Source: the human T2T-CHM13v2.0 reference genome, Homo sapiens. From it: 64,000 nucleotides of DNA. Positions 28,676 through 42,263 of the stretch are shown here, one piece after another. Position numbers and translations under genes: made by a program. Under the pieces are notes generated by a model, which saw only the letters and a program-made list of their open reading frames with translations, was not told the origin of the DNA and did not search any database. Within the stretch, counting starts at the first letter, position 1. Each line of letters starts with the position of its first letter. The stretch is from the NCBI RefSeq assembly GCF_009914755.1, contig NC_060934.1. The stretch is one strand, 5' to 3'.

Positions 28676-30004
28676 AGACACTAAACAATTTTACTGATTA
28701 GAATGGATTGATGAAAATTCATTTTCACATAGGAAACATTTGCATTTCTAAAGAGTATTTTTTTGAAATTTCACTCATCTGTAGAAACAATAAAAGATTA
28801 CTATTTTGTCAATAGTTAAAATGGTTTGGGAGTGCTTGAAAATTATTTATTTCTTCAATCTTAAATATTCCCTTTACAACTTTTATATCAGTCATATATT
28901 CCGCTAATTTTTCTCCACAAATAGTATCAAGACAAAAGAAACTTCAATACAACTCTGCTTCAAATAAAATTTTGAATTGATAATATTTTACTAATAATAT
29001 TTAATATTAGTTGTAATTATTCAATTAGAATATCTTCATTTTTATTATTCAAAAACAAATAAGAGAGGAACTGTATTCTAATTGAATAAAATCAGACTGT
29101 TACCAGAAATCATCATTTTTATCTAAAATAACTTGTTCTCAGTTCATGTGGAAAGATTGCAATAACATCAGCCATGGTCACAGAGAACGTGGGAGAGCTT
29201 TGTCATTTGGTATATGTCAGAAATAGAAGCTAATTTTAGTAGATAAATCAGGCTGGTTTTAGAGAAGCCTTTCCAGTCAACAGTGCCAGAAACATGTGAA
29301 CTCAAGCAAACCCAAGATAACTTTGCCACTATACATTTTAAGAGGTAGCATTCATCAAATTCCAAGGAAAGAGTTATTCTATCTGATTTCATGAGCATGC
29401 CCTAATTACCATGCTGATGTCTGCAGACAGCCGTGATCTCAGGTTATGGTACCCTAAGGATTCATACCAAGCACCTGAATGACCCCATGCATGGAGTTAG
29501 TTTTATTTGGGAGGATTTATCGTCTCTTCTCAGAGTCTAAATGATCGTGCTTTTAATTCCAACTTTCCTGGTTTGTCAGACACAAAGTTTTCAGATTTAT
29601 TATTCTATTCACATACTTCCCTCTTTGTTTTATTATTTTTAGAATTATTTCCCATAAAAGAGAAGAGCAAAATAACTTACCTCCTTTATTGAAGACCGAT
29701 GAGGTAATTTTTATATCCACACTTAGCACATATCACTAGGATAAATGTAAATTATTATAACCTTGTTTAAAATTCAGTAAATTAATAGTCTATCAACATT
29801 TTAAAACGTTACTTTTAACGGAGCAATAGCATTCGAGTGATGTAATGCCAAAGAGAAAAAGCATTATTGCAAAAATAACACTCAAAAATGTGTTAGTTGA
29901 GGCTCTGTTTGAATGGGGGAACACTGGAAAAATGTAAGTGTCAATACTATGTGAGTAATAAATACATTTTCTACTGCAAAATAGTAACTATTCAAAAGAG
30001 CAAT

Positions 30005-30955
30005 GGACTTCCAGTTCTAGTAAAATGATGAACTAGACTAGAACCAAAAACTCTCTATACAAATACCTAGATATACCTGGAAATGTATAATTTATTCCCA
30101 CCTTTTTTAAAAAATATGATTTAATGTACAAGAAAGAAAGAAAAAATACCCGTGTACCAAATACGAAGTAAAAGCTGAATGTCAAAGCAGTAAGCAAATG
30201 AGATGATATTATGGCAGTCCTGAAGAATAAGTTGAATTGTATAGTGATTAAAGGTTTAGAATAGGTTTTAATGCCATATTATGATAGAAGACAAGATCCT
30301 CCAACTAGAAGTTCAATGATAAAGACACAAAATTACTCTACCCACTGACTCAGGGAGATGAAAAGCAATTAATGGGCATAGAGCACACACCACAAGCAAA
30401 TTCAAAATTTCTGTGAGCAGAAAGTTCCTCAATATCCCCTGTGAGAATCTCATGGGGTGGAAAATTAATTTATGCTTTTATAACATAATATAAGTTATAT
30501 AATTATGAGTTTATAACTAACACTTTCATGAAATATACAAGGAAACAAACCACCCTAAGTCAGAGAAGGAAGATGCAACAAAAGAATTGGCACACCCAAG
30601 AATATAAGTGAAAAACAACAAAAGTAACATGAATAAACTATAAACTAAAGATATTTGCACAATAAAAAATGGAGATTTTTATAAGTTGTTAAAAGGAAAA
30701 GACATTATGAAGGATAAAAATGAGTTTTCAAAGAAAATCCAGGGAATACTCCTATGAATAAAAAATAAAGGTTTATTTTTTAAATACGGACTGAATGTAA
30801 AACAACAAATAAAGACAAAAAAAGAACCTGAATATATGTCAGAAAAAAAAATATAAAATGTGCCACGAGGGGCAAATAAGCTGAATATATGTAGGACATA
30901 TTGAGAGACTTGAGGTATCTAAGGAGGAGGTCAAATATACACTGAATTATGAGTT
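30005..30955 (+). mobile_element. Ancient L1ME 5'/ORF1 remnant
   Basis: Starts ggacttccagttctagtaaaatg; A-rich ORF1-like text ending aggaggtcaaatatacactgaat. Confidence 0.5.
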
Positions 30956-32093
30956 AAATCTTTAATTCTTGTATTAGAGGGTTTTTCAAAATGTATTGGT
31001 AAATAAGAAAAGCAGAAAGCAAGAAGTTGAATTTATTATAACCTTGTTTTTGTAAAACAAACAGTACCAAATATAAAAAGAAACTCTGAATGTGTATGCA
31101 ATATTATTTGATCATGGCAGAAGTTGTTGAAAAACTCCTACCAGATTGCTTAAGCCACTGGAGTCAGAATAAGAACAAGAGAAGGGAAGAGAGTAGAAAA
31201 GAAGTATGGCAAAAAAAGATAAAAGCAGTTATGTTTTTAAAGGTAAAATTATTTTAAAATGTCTGCCATGATCTTGCTTATGTAGAATTTTATGTAAATA
31301 TTTGTCCATTATGCACATCATGAAGAAATCATTATCAGAATGACAATGCCAGTTATCTCCAGGTGAATTTGTGTGATTTTTTACTTTCTTCCTACAAAGC
31401 TTAAGAAACAAGTTTTTTATGCAATTAGTGATAAAGAAAAGGTGGAGACAGAGAAATGCAGTTGGACATATTTCTGTATTCAGGTTTGTTGCTATGGTGC
31501 ACATGAAGTAAACTTCACCTTCATGTTTGTCTTCTCACTTCCTATTTCTGAGCAGCTCATGTTAGCATTGAGGCTGCACCTCTCATAGTCACATATTGGG
31601 CTTGCTGCTCCAGTTGGTTTGGATATATTCTTGGCCAAATGAAAAAGAGAGCAACTAATCACAACAATCTGCAAAAATATGCCATTTAGATTTTGAAATT
31701 ATTCTAAATTTCAGAACTCAATATACCACCTTTTCTGTTATTCCCAGGAGTTGAGAAATCTAATATCAGTAGTTACCAGGTGATACCTATTACTTGTATT
31801 ATTTAGAATTATTTTTATTACTTAATTTATTATTAATATATCTAATTGAAACAAATAAGATATAAAGTAAATTTTAAAATACCACAATATTTAGCAATTA
31901 CAATAATCTTTTTCAAAAGTAACACCTAAGAAAGAGATTTTTACAAAAATACTCATCTATTTTTAAAGAGCAATATATTTCTGTACTAAGTAGAATAAAA
32001 TAAAATAGGCAGTCTTATGTTAAAAATAAATTCTAGTTTACTTGGTGTGTGATACTGTAAATCATTTCTCCTTATTGACTTTGATATTATCAG

Positions 32094-32149
32094 AATTTTT
32101 ATTTAATAATAAAATGATGTCAATTTTTATTTAATAATAAAATGATGTC
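32094..32149. repeat. Perfect 28-bp tandem duplication
   Basis: aatttttatttaataataaaatgatgtc x2. Confidence 0.95.
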
Positions 32150-32424
32150 TAAATCTTTAAACAATATGTTCCCTCCATAAAGCCTCCCTCCTCGAAAGAC
32201 ACTCTATTTTCGTCAAGTTTTACAATGAATACTTGATGTACAAAGCACTGCTTTTTAAAGAAATCAGCATATTAAAGTCAAGCGCTTTCTCTATGTGTAT
32301 GTGTCATTGTTAATGAATATGCATTTAATATAAATGTGTGTGTTTTTTATGAAAAATTGTTGTTGTTGTTTTTCCCTGTTGGGTTTTTTACAAGGATCAT
32401 ACCAAAACAAAAAACAAAACGTGC

Positions 32425-32520
32425 TATAGCTTTAATGATCTATTTCACTGCATGGTGACTATAGTTTAATAATGTACTACGTATTTCAAAATTGCTAAAA
32501 TAGATATTTAATGTGCTCAC

Positions 32521-32558
<38 letters not shown>

Positions 32559-32688
32559 GATAAATTGGTGAGGTGATAGATATGTTAAGTAGCTTGATTT
32601 AACCTTTTTATAACATATACATATATCAAAACATTACATTGCAACCCATCAATATATACAATTACCTGTCAATTAAAAATAAATTAAA

Positions 32689-32690
<2 letters not shown>
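32425..32690 (+). mobile_element. L1MA (about MA7-8) 3' end with internal (CA)n
   Basis: gcatggtgactatagtt...gtgaggtgatagatatgttaa...tgtcaattaaaaataaa; (CA)n at 32523-32556. Confidence 0.8.

Positions 32691-32731
<41 letters not shown>
32691..32731. repeat. (CA)n microsatellite
   Basis: Seen directly. Confidence 0.95.
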
Positions 32732-32734
<3 letters not shown>

Positions 32735-34091
32735 AGCATACCATTCCTGGAAATGTTTAGGAGAAACAAGGGATCATGTGTCTCATTCCCTTGTGTTACA
32801 ATTAACTCTTTTATTCTTTCATTGAAGATAATAACCATGACTCCTAGAGAGTTATGAGTATCATCATTTGGATTTTAATGCTGAAGTTAGACCTTTAGTG
32901 TCATCATTAATGACTATGCATTCAGTATTTTAATACTATTGAGGAAAATAATTAGTTACAGCTGAATTAAGCAGATACCAGCTGGAGTTCTAATTCATTA
33001 ACAGGATGCCAGCATAACTTGTAAGGTTGTCTGGAATCAAACTTTTATACGGTTCATATTAACATCTATTTAATCAATGCCTTTATTTTAGTGTATAGTG
33101 TATGAATCTGACTCAGCTTTCTTAGGACCTGAGCCAAATTTATCTTTGCTTCATCAAATTGAAGAGTTTGATCAAAAGAAATTTATTGCAATTACAAATT
33201 TTCTAAAATTACTTTAACTGATAAACAATTTCATCATATGAATGATTTTGCCAAAATATAGCTTTAGAAGTTACACAGCTGAAAGAGACTGAATGTAAAA
33301 TACACACTATTATTTTAAAAATCTTGAATTCTTAGCAGCTTTGGATAATTATTTGCTTAGATATGCTTTACTACTGGTATTACAAGTCATATAGAGACTA
33401 ACTTTGATATTCTTCTCCATATTTCAAGTCTTTTAAACAACTCCAGTTCTTGAGAGTGATTTTCATCATCATTTCAATTCTCTGTTACACCTTTTTAAAA
33501 CAATTCAACACATTGTACAATCAAGTGGATTAGAGGTGACAAGTATTAGGGGTGTAAAATGTTAATAGGTACTGCTGTCAGGAGCCCAGCACAACAAGTA
33601 ATTTCTTTGGAAAAGAAAAAATGACATAAAACTAAATGCAGAAACAAGTCAGAAATACAAATAGTGGCCCCTTAAAAGGTAATGGAAGATTATAAAGGAG
33701 GTGCTTAAAGATTAAACTATTTTAGCCTCAGAATTTAAAGATAGGGAAATGGATGAGAAGTGATTTGAGTATAAGCTTTTTGCTGGCAAGGGGTATAAAA
33801 TTTATGTTGATGGGCTTAGAATATTTAGAAAATTATTTAGACTTTCTGTTTAAGAAGTGAGTTTCTATAGTAAAAGTTTATCTGGTTGATGTCATCTTTC
33901 TACACTAAGTAATATATAGAATTAGGCATATAACAGTCTTGACACCTTGATTTTTTTTAATCTAGGAACAACTGTGCAGTAATAACCCTTACTTCATTTT
34001 GTCTTAGAGCATTTAGAACTTCTCCTTACTTTTTACATTTGTTATACAGATCTTAGGTAAATTAGAAAATGTATCTCCTTTGATTAGATGA

Positions 34092-34464
34092 GGTATTAGT
34101 CTGTTTTCAAACTGCTATAAAGAACTGCCTGAGACTGGGTAATTTATAAAGAAAAGAGGTTTAATTGACTCAGTTCAGCATGGCTGGGGAGGCCTCAGGA
34201 AACTTACAATCATGGCAGAAGGGAAAGGGGAAGCAAGGCACCTTCTTCACAAGGCAGCAAAAAGAAATGCCAAGCAAAGTGGGAAGAGCTTCTTATAAAA
34301 CCATCAGATCTCATGAGAAGTCACTCGCTATCACAAGAACAGCACGAGGGAAACTACCCCCATGATTCAATTACTTCCACCTAGTCTCTCCCTTGACAGG
34401 TGGGAATTATGTTGATTACAATTCAAGATGAGATTTGGATGGAACACAAAGCCTAGCGACATCA
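34092..34464 (-). mobile_element. THE1D-like MaLR solo LTR
   Basis: gtattagtctgttttcaaactgctataaagaactgcctgagactggg...; 5-bp TSD GATGA at 34087-34091 and 34465-34469. Confidence 0.9.
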
Positions 34465-35494
34465 GATGATTACAAAAAGGGAAGCCTCTAAAGTCTAAGG
34501 CAGTCTCCTCAGAGCACCTGTTTAGTAAACCAAGTGTGTGCCACATTATATTTTTTGTACCATCCACCAGACACTTTTGACGGCCATTTTATTGGAACTT
34601 AGGTCATTCTAATATTAGCCAGATTTATTTCATTTAGAAATGTGGAATAACTAAAGAATTATCCTTGTCCTATAAATCAATTAGGAAAAAAATGGAAGAA
34701 AAAGACAAAGGAAGGAAGGAAGAGGAGAAAGGCAAACAGGCATTAGAAATATCAAGACTATTGTTAATCAAAGAAATGATGAACTAAAAATAAAATGGAA
34801 ACAAAAACTATGGAAGCTGGTAAAATACTTTTTTAACAAATGTGAAGGTATTTTAGAGTTATTAAAGCAGTGAGAATTTGTGGGAACAAAATTTGGAGAA
34901 GGAGGGAAGATGAAAGGTGAGTTCAGATTTTATGGTTACTTTTTTCCTTTCAGATGATAACTGATTCTGGAAACAAAACTGGCTACTGGGCTATCTAATA
35001 ACTGAGCACAGATTTTGGAAGACACAAATCTTGGAGGCCGAAATGTGAATTCAAGACATTTATTTAAGGAGGAGGGACTCTAGCAAAATCCCCCCAACTT
35101 TCCATTCAGATCCTGAAAATCTATATCTTAGAAATAAGGCAAATGATGACTAGGTTGGTTCTCACAAAAATTAAAGGTCAGCTTTAAGTCATTTCAATAC
35201 TGACTGGATTTTAAATTTCTAACAGTCAGCCCAGGTCCATGTTAGCTGCATAAAACCTCTCTACAGGGTGGACAACATCCAGAACCTCAAATTTTCTACA
35301 TTTTTAAATAAACCATGTCTGAGATTCAAACAAAAAAAAAGTCTTTTAAAAACACAAGATTTACGCAAGGAAGACAAATATAGAAATAAATACCGCCTAC
35401 CCTTGTTTATACGACTGTACAAACATCCTTGATGTAAGGATGTTTTGATGTTTTCAAACATTTCAAACATTTTTTAACCCTTTAAAAAAGAATA

Positions 35495-35577
35495 TATGAC
35501 AGAGAATTATAAATCCTGTAAAGCCTAAATTACTTGTTATTTTGCCCTTCATAGAAAAAAAAATTGCAGACCCCCTG
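35495..35577 (+). mobile_element. MER58 (hAT-Charlie) terminal fragment
   Basis: aaagcctaaatt...tgcccttcatagaaaaaaaaattgcagacccctg. Confidence 0.6.
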
Positions 35578-37949
35578 ATGTATGTAACTGGAGTCCCCAA
35601 AAGAGAAAAAAGAGCAAATGAGACAGGAGCAATATTTTAAGACACGGTTCTATGTTCTATAGTTAATGTAAACTATAAGACAGATAACAGAAGCAATATG
35701 CAAATCAGCAAGATAAGTATTTTTAAAGTATATTAGTATGTTGTAGTAAATTAATAAATATCAAAGATAATAGAGTCCAATGCAAAAAAGTGTTATATTA
35801 CCTTTAAAAAAGGAATACAAGTACTGAGAGTTGATTTCTCAAGAGATAAATAGAAGCTAGAAGACTCTAATTATAAACTCAAAGCTCTAAAAAAAGAAAA
35901 CAATATCAACCAGGAATTTTATAAGTGTAAAAACTGCAAACAAATCAAAACAGAAAACTTGACACAAGCAGATGTACCTCACATAAAATAATAAAGAATA
36001 TTATTCAAAGAGAAGAAAAATAATCCCAGAGGAAACACAGAGAGAGATGCAGAAACAACAGAAAGTGGAAAATATTGATTGACAAATAATGAGTGTGGAA
36101 ACAGTAATAACATAATAAAACATCTTGTAAGTTTTAAACAAATACAGAATTTATACAAAAAGAAAAATAGCTCTTACGACAGGCAGTATGAAAGCTCCTA
36201 AAGCCTTTGAATTTTCTGAGAAGTGGTAAAATTATTAATTTATAAGTCATAAAATAAAGAGAAAGGTTTTCATCACTATACACTCACTAACATAAATTAA
36301 TAAATTTAAACCTAAAAGCACTACTAACTACATTAAACATGAATTGAATAGTTTAGTTAAAATATAAAGATTATTAGAATGGATTTAAAAAACAACTACA
36401 AAATAGTTCGAAGGACATAATATTAGAATTCTAAAATTTTAAAGTAAAGGAATGGAAAAAGATATACCATGCAATTACTAAGTAATTGTAGTAAAGTAAA
36501 AAAAGCTGGTGCTTTCTCCACCACTGATGAGTCTAGTATTGTAGGGCCTACTGGGTTATTTTAAGAAAGAAACAGAACTGCTTCAACTGCCGCCTAAACC
36601 TCTTTCAAAGCCCTTTACAGCAAGTAGTTAGTGGAGATAAATTAAGATATTCAGAATGGTAAATGTGACTTTCCACCAGGGAGAACTTTTATATATTCAT
36701 ATAGATTGTATATATTTATAGAGAAATATATATATTCTCAAAACTTAGTAGGCAAGATTAACAAATCTAAAAGAAAAAGAGTCAGATCCTCAATCACATT
36801 GGGAAATTGTAATAAAGCTTTTAAAGATTAATTTAAAAAGGCATAAAACAAATATTACCAATACTATAGAAGGTTTCAATAGTACAATTAGCTTTTTTGA
36901 CCTAACAATATATATTAAAAACACCTGCAGTATCACCTGGTTAGATGTTATTTTCCACTGCATATATAAATCACTCATATTAGCTATGTGAGGTTTCTGA
37001 AAATAAGTAATCAAATTTTAAATTCAGAAATCATGAAAACTGTTTTTTGACCACATAGAAATTATGCTAAAAAATAATTTTAAAAATGAAAACTAAAAAC
37101 ATTGCACCTTTTAAGCTGCATATGACTAAATTACCCAGAAATTATATGAGAAATTAAATTAAAAGTAGAAAATATATTAACAAAGCACCTATAATGATAA
37201 AAACTGTGAGATACAGTTAAAGCTATGTTTAGACAGTTTTATAGTATTGCTAGATATATTATTTAAAAAGGTGAAAATCAATGCTTACATTTTAATAAGC
37301 TAGTAAAAAATATCAAATAAGACTCGAAGAAAGTAGAAGAAACAGTTTAAAGGAATTGAGAACAAATATTTAACGTTCAACTAAACCAAAGTCATTTTAA
37401 ATATATTAATAACACTTTATTAAGACTGGCCCAAAAAACAGAAAAAAGTAAAAAGAATCAATATGGGGAATATAAGAGAGCACATTGGGTCAGGGAATAA
37501 ACATATTAAAAAGAATTAAAATACAATCAAGTACTTTATAACACTATATTTGAACATTTATATTAAATGAACAAAGACCTTAAAGAACAAATTACCAAAA
37601 TTGGCTCTATGGAAAACAGAAGACTATTTCTATATTTATTAATAAATTCAATCTGTAATTTTAAAATATCCCACAAAGAAAATTCCAGGCCTAGGTGACT
37701 CCATCAATTAATACTAGCAAAGTTTACAGAAAGATAAAACCTACATATCTCTTCCACAGGATGGAAAAAGTAGAAAGAATCCCCAATTCATTTTATAAGA
37801 CCAGCATAACCTTAATAATAAAACCGAAAAGGGACATCAGAGGATAGAAAAATTACAAATCAATCTCTCCAAAGAAAATAAAATTTCTAAAACAAATATA
37901 CATATTTTTGCCTTTTTATGTGTTCATTTCTTACACACTGATGCACCAA

Positions 37950-38030
37950 GAGGTGTATGTATATATATATATATATACACACACACATATATACACATAT
38001 ACATACACATATATACATATATATAATATA
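37950..38030. repeat. (TA)n/(CA)n compound low-complexity repeat
   Basis: Seen directly. Confidence 0.85.
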
Positions 38031-38196
38031 AACCAATAAAATAGAATAAAGTAGAAAATCATAATTATTTCAAGAGGAAGAAATTGCATTGAACAAATTC
38101 TGTGTCTATTCATAATAAAAATAAGAATTCATATTAAACTATAAATAAAAAAGATCTTCCTTGCCTAATGAAAGATGTTTATAAAGTAATTATAGT

Positions 38197-38510
38197 GGCC
38201 AGGTGGGGTGCCTCTCACCTGTAATCCTAGCACTTCCAGAGACCAAGGTGGGCAGATCACTTGAGGTCAGGAGTTTGAGATCAGCCTGGCCAACATAACA
38301 AAACCTCTTGTCTACTACAAATACAAAAATTAGCCGGGCAATGTGGTGTGCACCTGTAATCCCAGCTCCTCAGGAGGCTGAGACATGAGAATCACCTGAA
38401 CCTGGGAGGCAGAGGTTGCAGTGAGCTGAGATGCAGTGCCACTGCATTCCAGCCTGGGCAATAGAGTGAGACTCTGTCTCAAAAAAATAAATAATAAATA
38501 AATAAATTAA
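38197..38510 (+). mobile_element. Alu (Sz/J-like) with (AAAT)n tail
   Basis: Full dimer; TSD-like aagtaattatagt/aaataattataat. Confidence 0.92.
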
Positions 38511-39276
38511 ATAATTATAATAACTATCATAATAAATTGAACTGAAAAATGTCAAAAGCTTTCTCTCCTAAATAAAGAATAGATAATATTAAGATGCCTG
38601 CTATCTCAGCTTCTATTTAACATCCTACTGTATGTTTCTGAAAGCATGACAAAGAAAATAAAATTGTAAGTATTGATTAAAAAAAGTAAGAGTGACATCA
38701 TATTCAAGTGACATAAGGATGAATGCAGAAAACCACATATATTCTACATGAAAACTATTAATATCAGTGAGGAAATTTGTAAGTTTGTGGGATACGAGGT
38801 GAATATAAATAAAATTGTTTTGTTATTTCCAGGAACAAATAGAACATAAAATTTTAAAATATCTAAAAATAGATATTATTTAAAATAGCATAAAAATCAA
38901 ATGATTCAGAATAAATTTAAAGAAAGAAGGGTGAAAGAATTGTGCAGAAAAATATGAAATATTACTGAGAGAAATTTTTGAAGCCCTTAATAGAGGAATA
39001 TAAAATATGTATCTATCAAGAGATTCAATATTAAGATATGCATTCACCCAAAATTGATCTATTTATTCAAGGCAGTGCCACGATTTCAGTAACATTTTAG
39101 CATAAATTAACAAGTTTAACCTAAAATGTATGTGGAAATAAAAGAATAGCAAAAGAAACCTGAAGGAGAAAAAATTTCAAACATACAAGACTCCATGTAT
39201 CTATCACCTAATCATCATAAAGCTTTAATTTGACTCTGGGGCTAATGTCACACTTAAAACAAGCAAATAAACAAAA

Positions 39277-39415
39277 ACTTTATTTCTGAGAAAAGTTCTA
39301 GATTTATAGAAAAATTGAGAAGATCATACAATGTGTTTCCATACACCTTGCATCCAATTTCCCCTATTACTGACAACTTATATTAGTGTGCTATTATTTG
39401 CGAACCAACCAATGA
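39277..39415 (-). mobile_element. L1M (MC/MD-type) 3' tip
   Basis: ttctagatttatagaaaaattgagaaga...tttcccctattac. Confidence 0.6.
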
Positions 39416-39582
39416 ATAAACTAACCACTAAAGGATGAGTTTTTCATTGTTTATGAAACAAGGACTGATCTGTTTTAGTTACATTGTCATAGTCAAAAAA
39501 AAAAAACAAAAAAAACCTCCTACTCCTTTACCAGGTCAAACCCAAGATCCTCATGTCATTTTGTCAATTTGAACAAAAGCCT

Positions 39583-40188
39583 TGTGACATAAAACTGTAA
39601 TTAAGACCCCAAGCCCACCACACTAAATGGACTCTCTTTGGTTAATAGAGATGCCCAAATTTAGATAACAGAACCAAAAGGCCATAGAGAAGAGAGAGAA
39701 GAGTGGTCGTGCGCCCTGCCCCTTGTTCTCGGAAAAGGCAGCTCTTGACACACATTTTGTTTTATACCATTGAGCAAGAACAGTTTCTGGGAGAGCCAAG
39801 GAAACCTCTGCCAAAAATCCACTCCACTCCCACCTCTAACACACACACACACACATGCATACACACACACATACACACACACACACACACACATATTGCA
39901 GTTTGAAAGAAACATCTGGCAGTCTGGGTTTGGATTTGGACTTGGGAAGCCATATGATCAGGACTCAATTATCTCAACCAATCAGAACTGAACAAGCCTG
40001 AATCCCTCCTTTAGCTTAAACAGACCTGATTGAGAAATAGGGCAAGAACTTTCCCTACTACAGCCAAAACTCTTTGCACAGCACACTTTCTACTGAACGC
40101 AGTGCCTCTCCAATGTGCAGACTGATTTTTTTGTAGAAAATACCGCCCTCCCTTTTTCCTCCACAGCTCTCATGGGCTTTTGGTAACA
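39583..40188 (+). mobile_element. MER4-group ERV1 solo LTR (MER34/MER39-like), containing (CA)n at 39839-39893
   Basis: TG...CA ends (tgtgacataaaa...ttttggtaaca); CCAAT box aaccaatcag; flanks gcct/gctt (4-bp TSD, 1 mismatch). Subfamily uncertain. Confidence 0.7.
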
Positions 40189-40489
40189 GCTTTCAGAAAC
40201 GATAGCTCTGGACTAGGCTTTGCAGAACCTGTTAAATCTTTCTACTGTGGTGGTTCCTATACCTCTTTGTCAATGTCAACCACAAGTTGAATTGTGGAAT
40301 ATTTTTTAAAAAATCAATTAACAAGTTGGTATCCATTACGAAACTTTAAATGCAACACTCAAACTTCTGTAATTGTCAAATACGTGATCTGATGAGCATT
40401 GTTTATTTTATACATTTATTCTGACCTGCACAGAACATCTATTCAGTAAATATTTGTTGAATGTACAAATAAATATGGCACAGATAATG

Positions 40490-41766
40490 TATTACGTACT
40501 CCTGTGGTCACTCCCAAGGCAACTATTTGACTGGTGGGTATTCCAATTATACTATGGTCTATTTTAACATGTTTACTTGTCTGAGCCTTTTGATTACTTC
40601 GAGATGCAATTCTGGCATCTGCCATAGGATATTATTCTAATACTACCCTAGTTATTAGTCTGATGGCAAAGTGGGCATGTACGTTGCCAGGAAATGCAAA
40701 TGTTGTCTGGTAATGCCACTGCTTCATCTGAGCCCTCTTTACAGTATTCAGGCAAGGGATTAGAGGCAGGTATTCTCTACAAGGGCAAATGGGGCACTGC
40801 TATGGTTTCAATATTTGTCCCCTACAAAACTCATGTTGAAATTTAATTGCCATTTTAACAGTATTAGGAGATGGGACCTTTAAGAGCTGAGTAGGCCATG
40901 AAAGCTCTGCCTTCATGAATGAATTAATGCTGTTATTGCTAGAGTAGTTTCCTCATAAAAGGATGAGTTTGACCCTCTCTTGATCTCTCACCCTGTCTTT
41001 GCACTTTCATCATGGGATGATTCAGCAAGAAGAGCTTCACAAGTTGCCAGCACCTTGATATTGAATTTTTCTGCCTCCAGAGCTGTGAGCCAATCAATTT
41101 CTACTCATGATAAATTATGTAGTCTGTGGTATTCTGTTACAGCAGCACAAAATGGACTAAGATAGACCATGGGATCATGCAGGCCCAGGGGATTTGGGGC
41201 AAAATGGTAGTTTAAAGTTTTTATCTATCTGTACCCAAATATCTCCTTTCAAGTCCTAGGGTTTTATTTCTCCTTTATTAACAGCCTGAATATAGTGTAT
41301 ATAACTTTCCCAGATTATAATGCTTTGCTTTAAATTATGCTACTCTTAAAATTTAGTCCTGAGCCTGGTCTTCAGCACAATTCTCTTGCTCACAAAAATG
41401 AGGGTATCTTTTACTACTGCAAAGCTGCTCTGTGCCTTTCACTATTTGCTTGAAATTGATGATTAATAAATTATCCATGGTTTGTTGTTTTATCTCTGCA
41501 TAGATGCATCAATGGTACTCAACAAAAGCCTCTTATCAATAGCCACTCAGTTCCACAGCATTTTAAATTAATATCTGCCTTATATCCCTCAAATGGCAGA
41601 GACTATGCACAAGGTAATGAACCATCTTCTACCTGTTCTATGGGTCAGAGATTATCAATGCTCTACCTATTACCAGTGATGGAGTCCTCATTATCTACTT
41701 GCTGGTAAATGATCCATGATCAGTATCCTGTACTTAAAGAGTCTTTTTCCTACTCCTATCCCCAAC
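40490..41766 (-). mobile_element. ERVL-class (HERV16/ERV3-16A3-like) internal gag-region remnant, interrupted by an MST LTR
   Basis: The minus strand at ~41230-41264 translates NPRT*KGDIWVQ, resembling the ERVL gag DPxxWxGDxW motif; it abuts an LTR16-like LTR. Confidence 0.5.
40798..41164 (+). mobile_element. MSTB-like MaLR LTR
   Basis: tgctatggtttcaatatttgtcccc...gcagcacaaaatggactaagata. Confidence 0.87.
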
Positions 41767-41779
41767 TGTCTATAGTTGG

Positions 41780-42262
41780 TGTGACAGGCAAAACAATGCA
41801 CACCCCCTGCAAAGATGTCCACATTCTAATCCCCAGAACCTTTGAATATATTGCATTCCCTAGAAAGGGGGAAATGAGATTGCAACTGTAATTAAGGTCA
41901 CTAATCAACTGACCTTAAAACAAGAAAAGTAACCTGGGTTATCCAGGTGTGCCCGATGTAATCACCGGCGTTCTTAAAAGTGAAAGAGGGAGGAAGAAGA
42001 GTGGTCACAGGGATGTAATATGAAAAAGACTTTAGTCTTCATTGCTGACTTTGAAGATGGAGGCCATAAACCAAGGAATGTGGGCTCCATACCTGAAGAA
42101 GCTGGGAATGGCAAGAAAACAGATTTTCCCCTAGAGCCACGAGAATATCATGCAACCCTGACAACACCCGATTTTTGTGAAATTACATGTTAAATTTCGG
42201 ACATACCTAAACATAAGATAATAAATATGTAATTTGTTACAACAGAAATAGGAAACTATTGC
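41780..42262 (+). mobile_element. MLT1D MaLR LTR
   Basis: tgtgacaggcaaaacaatg...aaagatgtccacattctaatccccagaacc...gactttgaagatgga...aataggaaacta. Confidence 0.85.
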
Positions 42263-42263
42263 T

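Larger units (their letters stand above)
35580..39230 (+). mobile_element. Ancient L1M (ME-type) ORF1 end and ORF2 remnant
   Basis: Colinear degraded L1 motifs: aactggagtcccc; aaaggaatggaaaaagatataccatgc; cccacaaagaaaattccaggcc; aagatgcctgctatctc; cccaaaattgatcta. Confidence 0.75.
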
